Source: Mobula birostris | Lineage: Eukaryota | Direction of reading: 5' to 3' | Assembly (NCBI RefSeq): GCF_030028105.1 | Contig: NC_092370.1 | Coordinates: forward strand, 80,248,969-80,312,968 | Length of the DNA stretch: 64,000 bases | Shown: positions 1-14,100 of the stretch, piece by piece | How the letters are laid out: every line of letters begins with the position of its first letter | Position numbering within the stretch: the stretch's first letter is position 1 | The notes under the pieces: generated by a model | The model's input: only the letters and a program-made list of their open reading frames with translations | The model's database searches: none | What the model was told of the DNA's origin: nothing | Made by a program: the position numbers and the translations under genes

Positions 1-502
1 TTGTAGCCTCACACGACTTCCACATCCATTCCCTTGATGGAGATGGGAATGCAGGGTGTTTTCACCTTCCTGAAGTCTACCACCAACTCCTTTGTCTTAG
101 TGATGTTGAGCTGCAGATGATTCAGCCCACACCACTCAACAAAGTTGTCCACCACTCTTCTTTACTCAAGCTCTTGACCCTGGCTGATACAGCCCACAAC
201 TGCTGAATCATCCGAAAACTTCTGTGGGCGGCAGGACTCCCAATTGTATCTGAAGTCCGAGGTGTAGATGGTGAACAGGAAGGGGGACAGGACAGACTCC
301 AGGGGTGCTCCTGTGCTGCCACCCACAGTGTCTGATACACAGCTCTGCAATCTCACATACTGCGGCTGTCTGGACACTAGTCTGTAATCCAGGACACTAG
401 TGGAGCATCCACCTGCTTCCCCATGAGCTTACTCCTTAGGAAAGCAGAGAATATGATTCTCACAGTGCTGCCTGGCTCATCCAGATGGGTGTAAGCCCAT
501 TG
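1..502 (-). mobile_element. Rex1/Babar-like (non-LTR) reverse transcriptase fragment, decayed
   Basis: Minus-strand translation WAYTHLDEPGSTVRIIF...STGAPLESVLSPFLFTIYTSDF...QKFSDDSAVVGCIS matches the RT motifs GAPQG-xx-LSPxLF and KFxDD; frameshifted. Confidence 0.75.
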
Positions 503-1745
503 GAGTTGGAGGGAGGGAAAGATGTGCTTTATGGTGGGATCCCATTGGAGAGGTTGGAAATAACAGAGAAGTATATGCTGGTTGCAGAATCTAGTGGGGT
601 GAGGACAAGAGTGGTGGTAGGATGGGGTGATGGCAGATGTGCGCGAAATGAAAGAGATGTGGATGAGAACAGCATTGATGGTGGAGGAAGGAAAGCCCCT
701 TTCTTTGAAGAAGGAGGACATTTCATTAGTTCCTGAGAACAAATGCGCTGAGACAGAGGAACTGAGAGAAGGGGATGGCATTTTTACAAGTGACAGGGTG
801 GGAAGAGGTATAGCCCGGATAGCTGTGAGAATCAGTGGATGTATAAACGATATCAGTAGATCAGATGTCTCCAGAGATAGAGACAGGGAGATCGAGAAAA
901 GGGTGGGAGGTGTCGGAAATAGACCAGATAAATTTGAGGGCAGGGGAAAGTTGCAAGTGAAGTGTGAAGTTGTTGAAACTGATGAGCTCATCGTGGGTGC
1001 AGGAAGCAGCACCAATGCAGACGTCAATGTAGCATTGGAAAAGTTGGAATTTGCTACTGGTGTGGGTTTGGAACATAGACTGTTCCACGTAGCCGACAAA
1101 CAGGCAGGCATAGCTGGGACACATGCGCGCGCCCATGGCTACACATTTTGTTTGAAGGAAATGGGAGGAGCCGAAGGAGAAATTATTGAGAGTGAGGACC
1201 AGCTCCTCCAGACTGTGGAAAGTGGTGGTGGAGGGGAATAGGTTGGGCCTGGTGTCTAGAAAGAAGCAGAGAGCTTTAAGGCCCTGTTAGGGATGGAGGT
1301 GTATAGGGACTGGACAAGCATGGTGAATCCACTGTGGTCATCAATTACTTGAACTGTCAGTACTTGCCTCCTCCCACTCGTTTACCATTCCCCATTCCCA
1401 TTTTCCACTCTCACCTCATCTCCTTTCCTGCACATCACCTCCCTCTGGTGCTTCTCTCCCTTCCCTTTCTTCCGTGGTCTTCTACCCTCTCCTATCAGAT
1501 TCCCCCTTCTCCAGCCCCTCATCTCTTTCACCCATCAGCTTCCCAGCTCTTCACCACCCCTCCCCTTCTCCAGGTTTCACCCATCACCTACCACCTTGTA
1601 CTTCTTCCTCCCCTCCCCTTCCTCTGACCACATCTTTTTTTTCCAGTCCTGCTGAAGTGTCTCAGCCCAAAACATCAACCATTGACTCTTTTCCATAGGT
1701 GCTGCCCGGCCTGCTGAGTTCCTCCAGCATTTTGTGTGTGCTCAA
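503..1745 (-). mobile_element. Penelope-like element: RT fragment (503-~1333, minus) with an inverted pyrimidine-rich terminal repeat (~1334-1745, plus)
   Basis: ORF 861..1136 MGARMCPSYACLFVGYVEQ...CYIDVCIG...PALKFIWSISDTSHPFLDL is Penelope-type RT (MGxxxxPxYAxLF, YIDD-like). The adjacent plus-strand tail ends in the hammerhead-like repeat (1644-1740). Confidence 0.75.
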
Positions 1746-2134
1746 CCTGCACAGTGGTAACTGTCATCCCTGATAATAAGATAAATAAAATAACTGGGCC
1801 CAGAACACACGCACTCTTATGACCCAAACCTTGTTTTTACTTACTTGTGCACTAAATAAACTTGCCCCATACACCTCCTTTGAACCTAGCTCCCTCTCAC
1901 CTTAAATGCATAGCCTCTTGTATTGAATGTCAACCTTAGGAGAAGCATACCAGCTGCCAATTTCTGCCTCTCATAATCAGGGCAGCAGAGCTCCTCTCAG
2001 CCTCCATCACTCAATTAACCACATTGCATTGATATGGGTCAGCATCCTTTAACAAACTTTTCCATGGATGAAGCAATTAATAAAGATTTAATTAGCAGTG
2101 ATGATAGGAGGTTCATTCAGATGCTTGTTTCCAG

Positions 2135-2165
2135 ATTGACCTTGGAATGCTATTAAGTACAAATG
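2135..2165 (+). CDS. MEP1B: MEP1B candidate small exon 2 ([10 protein letters not shown])
   Basis: tttccag acceptor, gtaag donor, phase 0 to 1 fits the next exon. Sequence is poorly conserved, so support is from splice signals and phase only. Confidence 0.55.
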
Positions 2166-5100
2166 GTAAGTATAAATTGAAGAGAAAGCTTAAACTTTCT
2201 GTATTAAATCCATCCAGCAATGTACAGAAGAATGAACATCAATGTTTCAGGTAGTCACATTCCGGAAGGTGGCTCAATAAATACATTCGAAGGGAATTGG
2301 ATAAAGACTTGGAGCAAATGATTCAGAGTTGGAGGAAATGAAGACAGCAGATGCTGGAATGCAGAACCAAAAGTAAAGTGCTGGAGGAACTCAGTGGGTC
2401 AGGCAGCAAATGTGGAGTGAAATGGACAGTCAATATTTCAGGTCAAGGTTAAGCTGAAAGGCTAGAGCGGAGTTAGCCTCCATTAAGCAGAGAGAGGAAG
2501 GGGGCCGAGAAAGTGTTGGCAAGTGATAGGTCGATCCAGGTGAGGAGGAATGATTGGCAGATGGGGGAGGGAAGAGTGAGAACAGCAGCAGCAGCTGGGA
2601 GTATATCCCCTCTTTCAAAGCTCTGGTGCAGAGGGTCAAAAATGGCTTTCTGAGCTGCACAAAGAATACTCTCAGCATTGAAAAAGATGACTGAAGAAAC
2701 CTCTTTTTGGCCTCTCATCCAGAAGAGGATGTCGACGCTGGATTAGATCAAGACATATTCGACATAAATGAAGGTAATTTTACACCATTTGTAATCATGT
2801 GTGATGTGGACGTTGTCAATATTTACTTTCAGTAAGGTTAAGGTAATGAGAGCGTGTTGTGTCAAAATTGGCTGCAACGTGACAACACCAATTCAAAATG
2901 TGCTTGGGACACCCTGTAGCAGGGGTGAAGGATGCAATCCTCTTTCTGGCTGGTTGAACTCCTCACCCCCTGCTGTGTAGGGCTCCTCTCCCTCTATTCG
3001 AAAGGCCTAGATAGAGGGAATATGGAGGGGATGTTTCCAATATTGGGAGAGTCTAAGCCTCAGAGTAGAAGGACGTCCCTTTAGAACAGTGATGACGAAG
3101 AATTTCTTTAACCATAAGGTGGAATTATTTGCCACAGGTGGCAGAGCAGGCCGAGTCATTGGGTATATATAAAGTAGAGGTTATTAGGTACTTACTTAGT
3201 AAGGGTGTCAAAGATTATGGGAAGAAGGTAGGAGAATGGTTTTGAGAATGAAAATAAAAGAGCCGTGATCAAATGGCAGAGCAGGCTCGTTGGGCTGAAT
3301 GGCCTAATTCTGCTCCTACGTTTCATGGCCGTATGGTCTTAATGCTTGCGCAGTGCACTGTGGTCTTCAGCTATTCTGACCTAGACAGCTGTGCCCCTCC
3401 ACTGCGCTTTCTATCTGCGGTGGGCCGTGACTGATTTCAGGCAAGTAATCCATGATGACAAACAAATGCTGGCTTCACTGCTGGCTCAGTTTCACTGCTG
3501 CCTGGATCCATTTTGGTGCAGCCTGCTGTGATGGAAGTATCTTCAATTTTCAATATTTTGCTTAATTTTAGATAGAATTATCAGAACATATAATGCAGAA
3601 TTGGTTCATCTCCCCTTCCTGTGTTTGTCATACACTTACCATCACTACTTTCCTCAATAGCTTGATGTGGTAGCAATCTGCACATTTTAATCACCGACTG
3701 GATGAAGCTTCTGTTGGACACACCAGTGATCCCCCCCGCCCCCCCCCCCGTGTGTTTATGGCTCCCAGGTCAAGAGCACCACACACATGTGGGAGCATCT
3801 CCTCTGCCATGGAGTCATCCAGTATGGAAACAGGCCCATTCTGAAAATTCTGTACAAGCATCTTTGCTTTAAAGACCTTTGTGAGATTCTCATTCCCTCT
3901 TTGAGACAAACTGTCTCAGTCTATTCACTTTTTATTGCTGGATATAACCTTTCCATCCAAGTACCATCCTCTTCTCCACCTTCTCCCATGCCCTTGGAAT
4001 GTGGAACTGGAATAGGTTCATTATTGACACATGTACAGTGGAAAGCTTGTCTTGCATACTGTTCACACAGATCAGATCATTACACAGTGTATTGAGATTG
4101 AATAAGGTAAAACAGTAACAGAATGCAGAATACAGCATAACAGCTACTGAGAAAGTGCGGTGCAGGAAGACAATAAGGTGGAAGATCATAACTAGGTAGA
4201 TTGTGAGGTCAAGAGCCTATCTTTTTGCCCTAAGGAACCATTCAATTGTCCTATAACAGCAGGCTAGAAGCTGTCCTTGAGTGCACTGGTTCGTGCTTTT
4301 GTATCTTCGGCCCAATGGGACAGGTGGGAAGAGAGAATATCTGGGATGGGTGGGGAGTTTGATTATGCTGGCTGCTTTACTGAGACAGCGAGAAGTATAA
4401 ACCGATGGATAATGTCTGTTTATTCTCTGCAGAACTTGGACTGGATCTCATAGAAGGAGATATCATGCACGATATGGTAAGCTCGTGACATTTTTTTCTG
4501 GTATGTTGAGAAAAGCAGAATGTTTACATAAATTTACCCCATGTATTGCTGTGAGGATGACTGAATTGTTTTGCATTACCTTTGAAATCAGACCACTGCC
4601 AGAAGTGCAATTGCTGATGAAAAATACAGGTGGCCAAAGATGATTCCATACTATCTGGAAGATAGCTTAGGTGGGTAATAACACGGAATGAAATCCAATT
4701 ATTGTGGTACTTTAACCCAGATTGCAATTAAGTGCTTTCATTTTGCATTTCTAATTTACAGGTTCATTTTATCAACTAACTATAGATGAATTTTAGCAAG
4801 GTATTATATTTCAGCTTGACTTTTTGCTTAGATAATGTGATAGTTGTTCCATGAAGCATTTATGGTTAATTAGAGAATTCTAAACTTTGTAATTTTCACT
4901 TGACCGAGATTATTAACCAGGTCACTGGCCTTAAAGGACCGTGACTATCCAATTGTATAATTCAGTGAATTTCAACCGCACCGCCAGGCCTTTGTCTAGT
5001 GAGTCCCTGTAAGTAAGATCAGAGAATTAACGAACACATAAGTTCATACGATTTAAGAGCAAAGTAGACCATTCGACTTGGCAAGTCAGCTATGCCGTTC

Positions 5101-8100
5101 AATTATAGCTAATTTTATTTATTTTCATCCCCATCTTCCCACCTTTTCCCCATAACTTCTAATCCCCTAATCAAGGACCTATCAGTCTCCGTAGTAAATA
5201 CACCCCGATGACTTGGCTGCCACAGCTCTCTGTGGCAATGAGTTCCATAGATCACCATTCTCTGGCTGAGGAAATTCCTTATTATCTCAGTTTTACATGG
5301 ACATCTTTTATTCTGTGGCTGTTCCCTAGGATTCCAGATTTTCCTACTAATGGAAACATTTTCTCCACATCACACTCTTTAGGCCTTTCAGTATCTGCTG
5401 GGTTACAATGAGATTTCCCCTACATCCTTCTGAACTCCACAGAGTACAGTCCCAGGGACATCAAACATTCCTCATACATTAAAATTTTCATTCCTGTGAT
5501 CATTCCTGAGAAATTCCTCTGAGCCCTCTCCAGGGCCAGCACAACTTTCCTTAGATGCAAGGCCCAAAATTGCTTATGATATTCCAAATGTGGCCTGGCC
5601 ATTGTCATACACAGCCTCAGCAGTACATCCTTGCTTTTGAATCCTAGTCCTCTCCAGAGTCAGGTAACTTCAGACCCAGAATATAACGCCGACCCTTTGG
5701 ATTGGTGTCACTGGTATGAAAACCATATGCTCTATATGCAGGAAATGCTCAACTGGTCAGGGAGCATCTGTCGTGAGCAATAGAAGTGAGGTTTCGAGTT
5801 GACAATCGTTCTTGGCAATTGATTTTATTTCAGATTTACATTGACTGCATACCATATTAGAGTCAAAGAAAAGTGGAGCACAGAAACAGGCTGTTCAGCC
5901 CATCAAGTCCATGCCAAACCACTTAAACAGCCCAGTTCCATCAACGTGCACCGGCACCATAGTCCTCCATATCCCCGCCATCCACATACTTATTCAAACT
6001 TTTCTTAAACATTGAAATTGAGTTCAAATGCACCACTTACGCTGGCAGCTCGTTCCACACTCTCACAAACCTCTGAATGAAGAAATCTCCCCTCATGTTT
6101 CCCTTAAACTTTTCACCCTTAACCCATGACCTCTAATGGTGGTCCCACCCAACCTCAGTAGAAAAAGCCTGCTTGCATTTATCCTACAGTATCTATACCC
6201 CTCATAATTTTTTATACCTCCATCAAATCTCCCCTCAATCTTCTACGTTCAAAGGAATAAAGTGCTAACCTATTCAATCTTTCCTTATAGCTCAAATCCT
6301 CCAGACCCGGCAACATCCTTGTAAATTTTTTCTATACTCTTTCAATCTTATTTACATCTTTCCTGTAGTTAGGTGACCAAAACTGCACACAATATTCCAA
6401 ATTAGACCTTACTATTGCCTTATACAACTTCAGCAAAACAGCCCATCTCCTGTACCCAATACTTTGATTTATTAAGCCAATATACCAAAAGTTTTCTTTA
6501 TGACCCAATCTACCTGTGACAATACTTTCAATGAATTATGGATCTGTTTTCCCAGGTCCCTTTGTTCTACCACACTCCTCAGTGTCCTACCATTCACTGT
6601 GTTAGACCTACCCTGGTTGGTCCTACCAACGTGCAACACTTCGCACTTGTCTGCATTAAGTTCAATCTGCCATTTTTGAGTCCATTTTTCCAGCTCGTCT
6701 GGATCTTGCTGCATGCTCTGATAGTCTTTCTCACTGTTTATTACACCCCCAGTCTTGGTGTCATCTGCAAATTTGCTCAGCCAGTTATCCAGATCATTGA
6801 TATTCAGATCACAAAGCCAATATCTAATCCAATTTACTACCTCATCTTGCATGCCGAGCAACTGAACCTTCTTGATCAACCTCCTATGTGGGACCTTGTC
6901 AAATGCCTTGCTGAAGTCCATGTAGACAACACCACTGCCTTGTCTCATTCTCCTTCTTGGTAACTTCCTCGAAAAACTCCATAAGATTGGTTAGACATGA
7001 CTTCCTACACACAAAGTCCAAATACTTATACATCTAGTCCCTTAGAATATCTTCCATTAACTTTCCCACTACTTATGTCAGGCTCACTGGCCTATAATTT
7101 CCTGGTTTATCTTTCGAGCCCTTCTTAAACAGCGGAACATATCCTCCAATCCTCCGGTATCTCACCTGTTGTTAAGTATGACTTAAATATCTCTGCTAGG
7201 GCCCCAGAAAATTCTGCACGCCTCCCACAGGGTCCAAGGGAACACTTTGTCAGGTCCTGGGGATCTGTCCACCCTAATTTGCCTCAAGTCAGCAAAAACT
7301 TCCTCTTATGTAATCTGTATAGGATACAGCAACATGCTGCTACTTTGCCTCACTTCTACAGACTCTGTGCCTGTCTCCCAGATAAATACACATGCAAAAG
7401 ATGTACTTAAGTCTCCCCCATCTATTTTGGCTCCATGCATGGATTACAATTCTGATCTTCCAGAGCAGTAGCCCCCAACCTCCAGGCCGTGGACCGATAC
7501 CGGGCCGCGAAGCATGCAGGAGTGCAGCGGTAGCCGCAGTGCACCCAGCACATCTTTAAGAAAAAAGCCAAAATAAACAAGTTAATTAATTAGGTGCCAC
7601 CCGGCACGTAAATGTCAGCCCAGATCAGAGGTGATTGCCGATTTCACTTGCTGTACGCGATGTTCACTCCTCTTTCCAGGGCGCTGGAGCCTTCAGCTGT
7701 TCCATTATTTGGTCAAATTAAACGCCAGCCCAGACAGGCTGAAAAGACAGGGCTATCAGGATCGAGGTGACATGTTGAATCTACACAAACTTCTCATAAA
7801 GTATAGGTGCTGCAGTGCTTTCTTTGTAATGACAGTTACGTGCTGGTCCCAGGACAGATCCTCTGACACTTTACAGAGAGAGAAACGTCGATCCTTAATG
7901 CCGAAGAATTTAAAGTTATTTACCCTCTCCACCTCAGTTCCTCTAATGAAGACTGGCTTCTGGGCAGCACCTAATTAATTAGCTTGTTTATTTCGGCTTT
8001 TTCTTAAAGATATGCTGGGTGTGCTCCAGCTACCGCTGCATCCCTGCATGCTTTGCGGCCCGGTACCGGTCCACGGCCCGGAGGTTGGGGACCACTGTTC

Positions 8101-11100
8101 CAGAGGACCAATTTTGTCCCTTGCAATTCTTTCGCTCTTAACATATCTCTAGATTTCTGTAGGATTCTCCACCTTCTCTCACCATTACTCTTAACCCCCC
8201 CCCCCCCACCAATCAATAACATACCAATTTATGCTCAAAGACTTGGCCTCCAAGTCCTCCGTGGTAACAGTTTCCACAGATTCAGCACCCTCTTGAGATG
8301 AGGGAATTCCTGGAGGTAGCTATAGCTATACAAACGCTAAAGGTAAATATTTTCCCCAGTTTATTTATTGTTTTCCTTCTTTATATTTGCAGAGTTACAA
8401 CAGTAGGGATGCCATGCAGGTTAATTGGATGCTCTTACTGTGGGATGTGGGAAGGCTGGGAGACCTCCAGCAATCCTTTCTTCTTCTTTTTCAATCTTTT
8501 TATTAGTTTCAACATCAAACACATTACAAAAAAAAGTACAGGGCAATTGGGATTGTATTAATTGATAATAATTATTGAAGTTTACAGTCAGGTAACACAT
8601 AGTTAGGAGCAATCCTGATGACTTCACCCATGCGAAGTACATCCAGCTGCAGCTTCAACACTCCATGTTAAGGAATTAGAGCTGGAAATGGATGAACTAT
8701 GGATATTCAGGAAGCTAAGGGAGTGATAGATAGGACATATAGAGAGATAGTTACACCCAAGGTGCAGGACACAGGAGACTGGGTGGCAGTCAGGAAGGGT
8801 AAAGGAGTTAAGCAGTCAGAAGAAAGTTACAGCAGTCAGGTCTGTGGCACTGAGCCTGACTCTGCAATTTATAAGGGGGGGGGAGAGGTGACCTGTGGTG
8901 ATAGGGAGATTCATTAGTTAGGGGAACAGAAAGGAGGTTCTGTGGACGGGATTGAGATTTTCGGACGGTATGTTGCTTCCCGAGTGCCAGGGTCAGGGAT
9001 ATCTCAGATCAAGTACTCAGCATTCTTAAGCATGAGGACTTGATCCAAGATGTCCCAGACCCTGCAAGTTGGGAGGAAATGTACCATTGGACCATGTAGG
9101 TACCAATGACATGGTACGAAGAGCGACGAGGTACTGCAAAATGAGTTCAGGCAATTAGGTGCTAAGTTAAAGGACGGGACTGCCAGGGTTGTGACCTCAG
9201 GATAGCTACCCATGGCATGTGCTAGTGAGGCCAGAACTAGGAAGATTATACAGTCAAACGTGTGGTTAGGGAGTTGGGGTATGAGGGAGGGCGTAAGATT
9301 TTTGGATCTTTGGGCTCTCTTCAAGGGCAGGTGGGACCTGTACAGAAGAGACTGTTTGCACCTGAACTGGAGGGGGACTAATATCTTAGTGGGAAGGTTT
9401 GCTAGTGCTACTTCGGTGGGGGGAGGGGTTTAAACTTGAGTTGCAAGGGTATGGGAACCAGAGCGCCAGAACAGACAGTGGAGAGGTTGTAGGGGCAGCT
9501 GTTGCTAAGATCTCAGACGAAGTCAGGAATCAAAAGGTTGAGCATGGTGTGACTAATGTACTGAACTGTGTATGTTTCAATGCAAGAAGTATTGTAGGAA
9601 AGGCAGATGAGCTCAAGTCTGGATGAACACATGGAATTGTGATATTGTAACCAATGGTGAGACGTGGTTGCAGGAAGAGCAGGACTGGCAGCTCGATATT
9701 CTGGTGTTCCATTGTTTCGGAATGGACAGAGTAGCAGGGATTAAAAGGGGAGAGGTGGCTTTACTAGTCAGGGAAAATGTCACAGCAGTGCTCAGTCAGG
9801 ACAGACTGGGGATCTCGTCTAGCGAGGCTCTATGGGTGGGACTGAGGAATAAGAAAAGTATGACCACATTAATGGATCTATATTATAGACCATCTAACAG
9901 TCCACAGGATTTAGAGAATAAATTTGTAGATAGTTTACAGACTCTTGCAAGAAACATAAGGTTGTGAGAGTAGGTGATTTTAACTTTCCACTTATTGACT
10001 GGGACTCCCATAAGGAATGAGGGGAATATTTTGCATCTAGTGATCATAATGCCATCTGTTTCAAAGTAAATATGGAAAAAAAATAGATCCGGTCTGCGGG
10101 TTGAGATTCGAAATTGGAGAAAGGCCAATGTTGATGGTATCTGAAAGGAACTGGCACAAGTGGTTGGGACGGCCTGTTTTCTAGCAAAAGTGTACTTGGT
10201 AGATGGGAAGCCTTCAACAGTGAAATTTTGAGAGTGGAAGTCTTGCATGTACTGGTCAGAATAAAAGGTAGAGATAACAGGTTTAAGGAATCTTGGTTTT
10301 CAAGAGGTATTGAGGCCCTGGTTAAGAACAAAAAAGGAGGTGCATAGCAGGTTTAGGCAGGTAGGAACAAATGAGGTACTTATGGAGTGTAGGATATGCA
10401 AGAGAACACTTAGAAAAAAAGTCAGGAGGTTTAAAAGAAGGCATGAGGTTTTACTGGCAGACAAGGTGAAGGAGAATCCTATAGGAATCTGCAGATATTT
10501 TAAGAGCAAAATGATTGCAAGGGACAAAATTAGTCCTCAGGAAGATCAGAATGGTAATCTATGCATAGAGCCAAAAGAGATAGGAGAGATCTTAAATGAA
10601 TTTTTTTGTGTCTGTATTTACTCAGGAGATTGGCACAGAGTTGACACAAATGAGGCAAAGCAGCAGTGAAGTAATGGACCCTATACAGATTACAGAGGAG
10701 GAGATGTTGCTGTCTTGAGGCAAATTAGGGTGGACAAATCCCCAGGGCTTGACAAGGTGTTCCCTCAAACCTTGTGGAAGGCAAATGCAGAATTTGCAGG
10801 GGCCCTAGCAAAGATATTTAAATCGTCCTTAGTGACAGGTGAGATATCAAAGCATTGGAGGATAGCTAATGTTGTTCTGCTGTTTAAAAAAGGCTCTAAA
10901 AATAAACCAGGAACCTGTAGGCCTGACATCAGTTATGGAAAAGTTATCGGAAGTTATTTTAAGGAACAGGATATATGTGTATTTGGACTGATTAGGGATT
11001 GTCAGCATGGCTTTGTGTTTGGTAAGTCACATCTAACCAATCTTTTGGAGTTTTTCTAGGAAATTACCAAATAGGTGATGAAGGCAAGGCAGTGGGTTTT

Positions 11101-14100
11101 GTCTACATTGAGTTTTACAAGGCCTTTGACAAGGTCCCACATGGGATGTTGATCAAGAAGATTCAGTTGCTTAGCATTCAAGATGAGATAGTAAACTGGA
11201 TTAGACATTGGCTTTGTGGGAGAAGCTAGAGAGTGGTAGTAGAGGGTTGCCTCTCTGACTGGAGGCCTGTGACTAGTGGAGTGCCACAGGTATCAGTGCT
11301 GAATCCATTGTTGTTTGTCATCTATATCAATGATCTGGATGATAATGTGGTTAACTGGATCAGCAAATTTGCAGATGACACCAAGATTGAGGGTGAGGTG
11401 GATGGTGAGGAAGGCTATCATGGCTTGAAGAGGGAACTGTATCAGATGGAAAAATGGACTGAAAAATAGCAGATGGAATTTAATGTAGACAAGTGCAAGA
11501 TGTTGCACTTTGGTAGGGCCAACCAAGATAGGTCTTACACAGTGAATGGTAGGGCACTGAGAAGTACTGTAGAACAAAGTGATCTGGGAATACAAGTACA
11601 TAATTCATTGGAAGTGTTGTCACAGGGTCGTTGAGAAAGTTTCTGGCATTTTGTTCTTCATAAGTTAGGATTTTAATCCTAAGGATGTGGAAGATTGAAG
11701 GGAGATTTCGTAGAGGTATACAAATTTATGAGGGGTATATATAAAGTAAATGCAAGCAGGCTTTTTTCACTGAGGTTGGGTGGGACTTCAAGCAGAGATC
11801 GTGGGTTAAGGGTGAAAGGTGAAAAGTTTAAGGGGAACATGAAAGGAAACTTCTTTATCCAAGGGGTCGTTAGAGTGTGGAACAAGACACCAGTGCAAGT
11901 GGTGTATGCGTGCTTAATTTCAACGTTTAAGAGAAGCTTGGATCGGTACATGGATGGCAGGAGATTGGAGGGCTATGGTCACAATGCAGCTCATTGGGAG
12001 TAGGCAGTTTAGGTTATTCAGCACAGACTAGATGGGCTGAAGGGCCTGCCTCTGTGCTGTACTTTTCTATGACTCCATGATTCCATCTCAGTTCTAAAGG
12101 GATATCTTTCTCTTCTGAGGTGATGCCCTCAGATCCTAGATTCTCCTGCTAATGGAAGCATCCTCTATGCATCCACTCTATCCAGGGTTTCGGTTTCAGA
12201 TTTCCACCACCTGCAGAGTTTTGAATTTCACATAAAAGTTGCTGGTGAACACAGCAGGCTAGGCAGCATCTACAGGAAGAGGTACAGTTGACGTTTCAGG
12301 CCAAGACCCTTCATCCTGGCCTGCTGCGTTCGCCAGCATTTTTTATGTGTGTTGCTTGAATTTCCAGCATCTGCAGATTTCCTCGAGTTTGAGTTCTGAA
12401 TTTCATTGGCTTATATTTTATTGGTTCAGTGATCGATAAGATACCTACCCCAAACATAATTTCTAATGGTCACTTATGTTCTTGTCATTTTTGTGGTACT
12501 GCTTTTCTGATAGTGTTTGAACAAAGTTTTTTTCAGCAACAGTCTCTAGCTGAAACTTGTTCTGCACAGACTCTGAGTTCAAATTCCAAAATTGGGGTTT
12601 TCAGTACAAACTTCTTTTGAAATCAATCAGATCAGAAGGGATTGAGAGAGGATTATTAAACTCATTGAGTGCGGCTGGTGTGGAACTTATGGTCTGAAAG
12701 GGATCTGAAGGCAGAATCACTGAACCATACCTTGATAAACCTTTGAGATGCCGTAACCTGCAATGCTTGTGATCTGGATCTGGGAAGTAGGATTAACCTA
12801 AAGTCCATACTTGGCAAGCATGAACACAATGGGCTGAATGGCCTATTCCCATGCGGCAAATTTCAATGATTCTGTGACCCTAAGGTGAAGTTTGCAAAGG
12901 CGACCATTTGAAATATGATCTCCCGTCTTTCCCACAGATGTAAATGCTAAAGGTGTCATCCTTAAAGCTTTTGAACAATATCGCCTTAAGTCTTGCATTA
13001 ATTTTAAGCCTTGGACTGGGGAAGCTAACTACATCTCCGTATTCAAGGGACGTGGGTAAGAGCATGACTTGGTATTCCTCTAAAGACTGGTTCATTTTCT
13101 TCATTCGTTGCTGTTTTATCCATTCAGTTCCTTGGGGTTGATAACTAAGTATGTACAGTACCTTGGATATTGTTCTTAATATATGGTGAGGGTTATCTTC
13201 TGCTTGTTCATGCCATATGGACTTTGCTAGTGAGGAATGTATTAATTACCCTTGGGCACATTATGGAATTGGTTTATTAATGTCATGTGCACTGAGAGAT
13301 AGTGAAAAGCTTGGCTTGCTTACTGATCAATCATTACACAGTGCACTGAGGTAGAGAGGAAGGTAAGACACTGACAATGGAGATTAATGTGTAACAGCTA
13401 CAGAGCAAGTGCAGTGCAGGTCAACAATAAGGTGCAAGACCATAATGAGGTGGAATGTGTGGCCAAGAGTTCAATTTATCATACCAGGGAATCACCTTAT
13501 TGCAGTGGGTTAGAAACTGTCCTTGAGCCTGGTGGTACGTGCTTCCAGACTTTTGTATTTTCTGTCTGATAGAAGAGGATCCTCTTAAGAAAGCAGCCAG
13601 CATATTTAATGACCCCACCCACCGTTAAGGCAGTGAGAAATGCAGACAGATTCCATGGAGTTCCTCCAGTATTTTTCCACACACAAAATACTGGAAGAAC
13701 TCAGCATGGCTGGCAGCATTTGGGAGGGAAACAAACAGTCGACATCTCAGGCCGAACCTGTTCATCAGGTTTCTTTATTTCCCTCCATAGATACTGCCTG
13801 ACCTGCTGAGCTTCTCCAGCATTGTGTGCATGTGTGTGTGCATGTTGCATAAGATTTCCAGCACCTGCAGAATCTCTTCTGCCTCACCTCTCACTGATTG
13901 ACAGTAGCCAGTCACTTCTGCCTATTCTTCTGGTTTGCAATTTCACTGATCATATCACAAGATGGTGAGACCAATGTCAACCTTGCTACCTTACAAACCA
14001 TACAATTCTACAGACCGTTGCCATGATGTGACCCAAACTGCTGCCAATTATACAGCTTGATTCTCTGCCCCACTTCTTTCAAAAAATATTTGACTCATTT

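Noticed and set aside
377-1241. 244-aa and 204-aa ORFs as novel genes
   Set aside because: Shifted-frame and antisense readings of Penelope and Rex1-like RT remnants.
1745-2134. MEP1B signal-peptide exon 1
   Set aside because: No ATG-initiated hydrophobic stretch with a phase-0 donor was found; it is probably upstream of the window.
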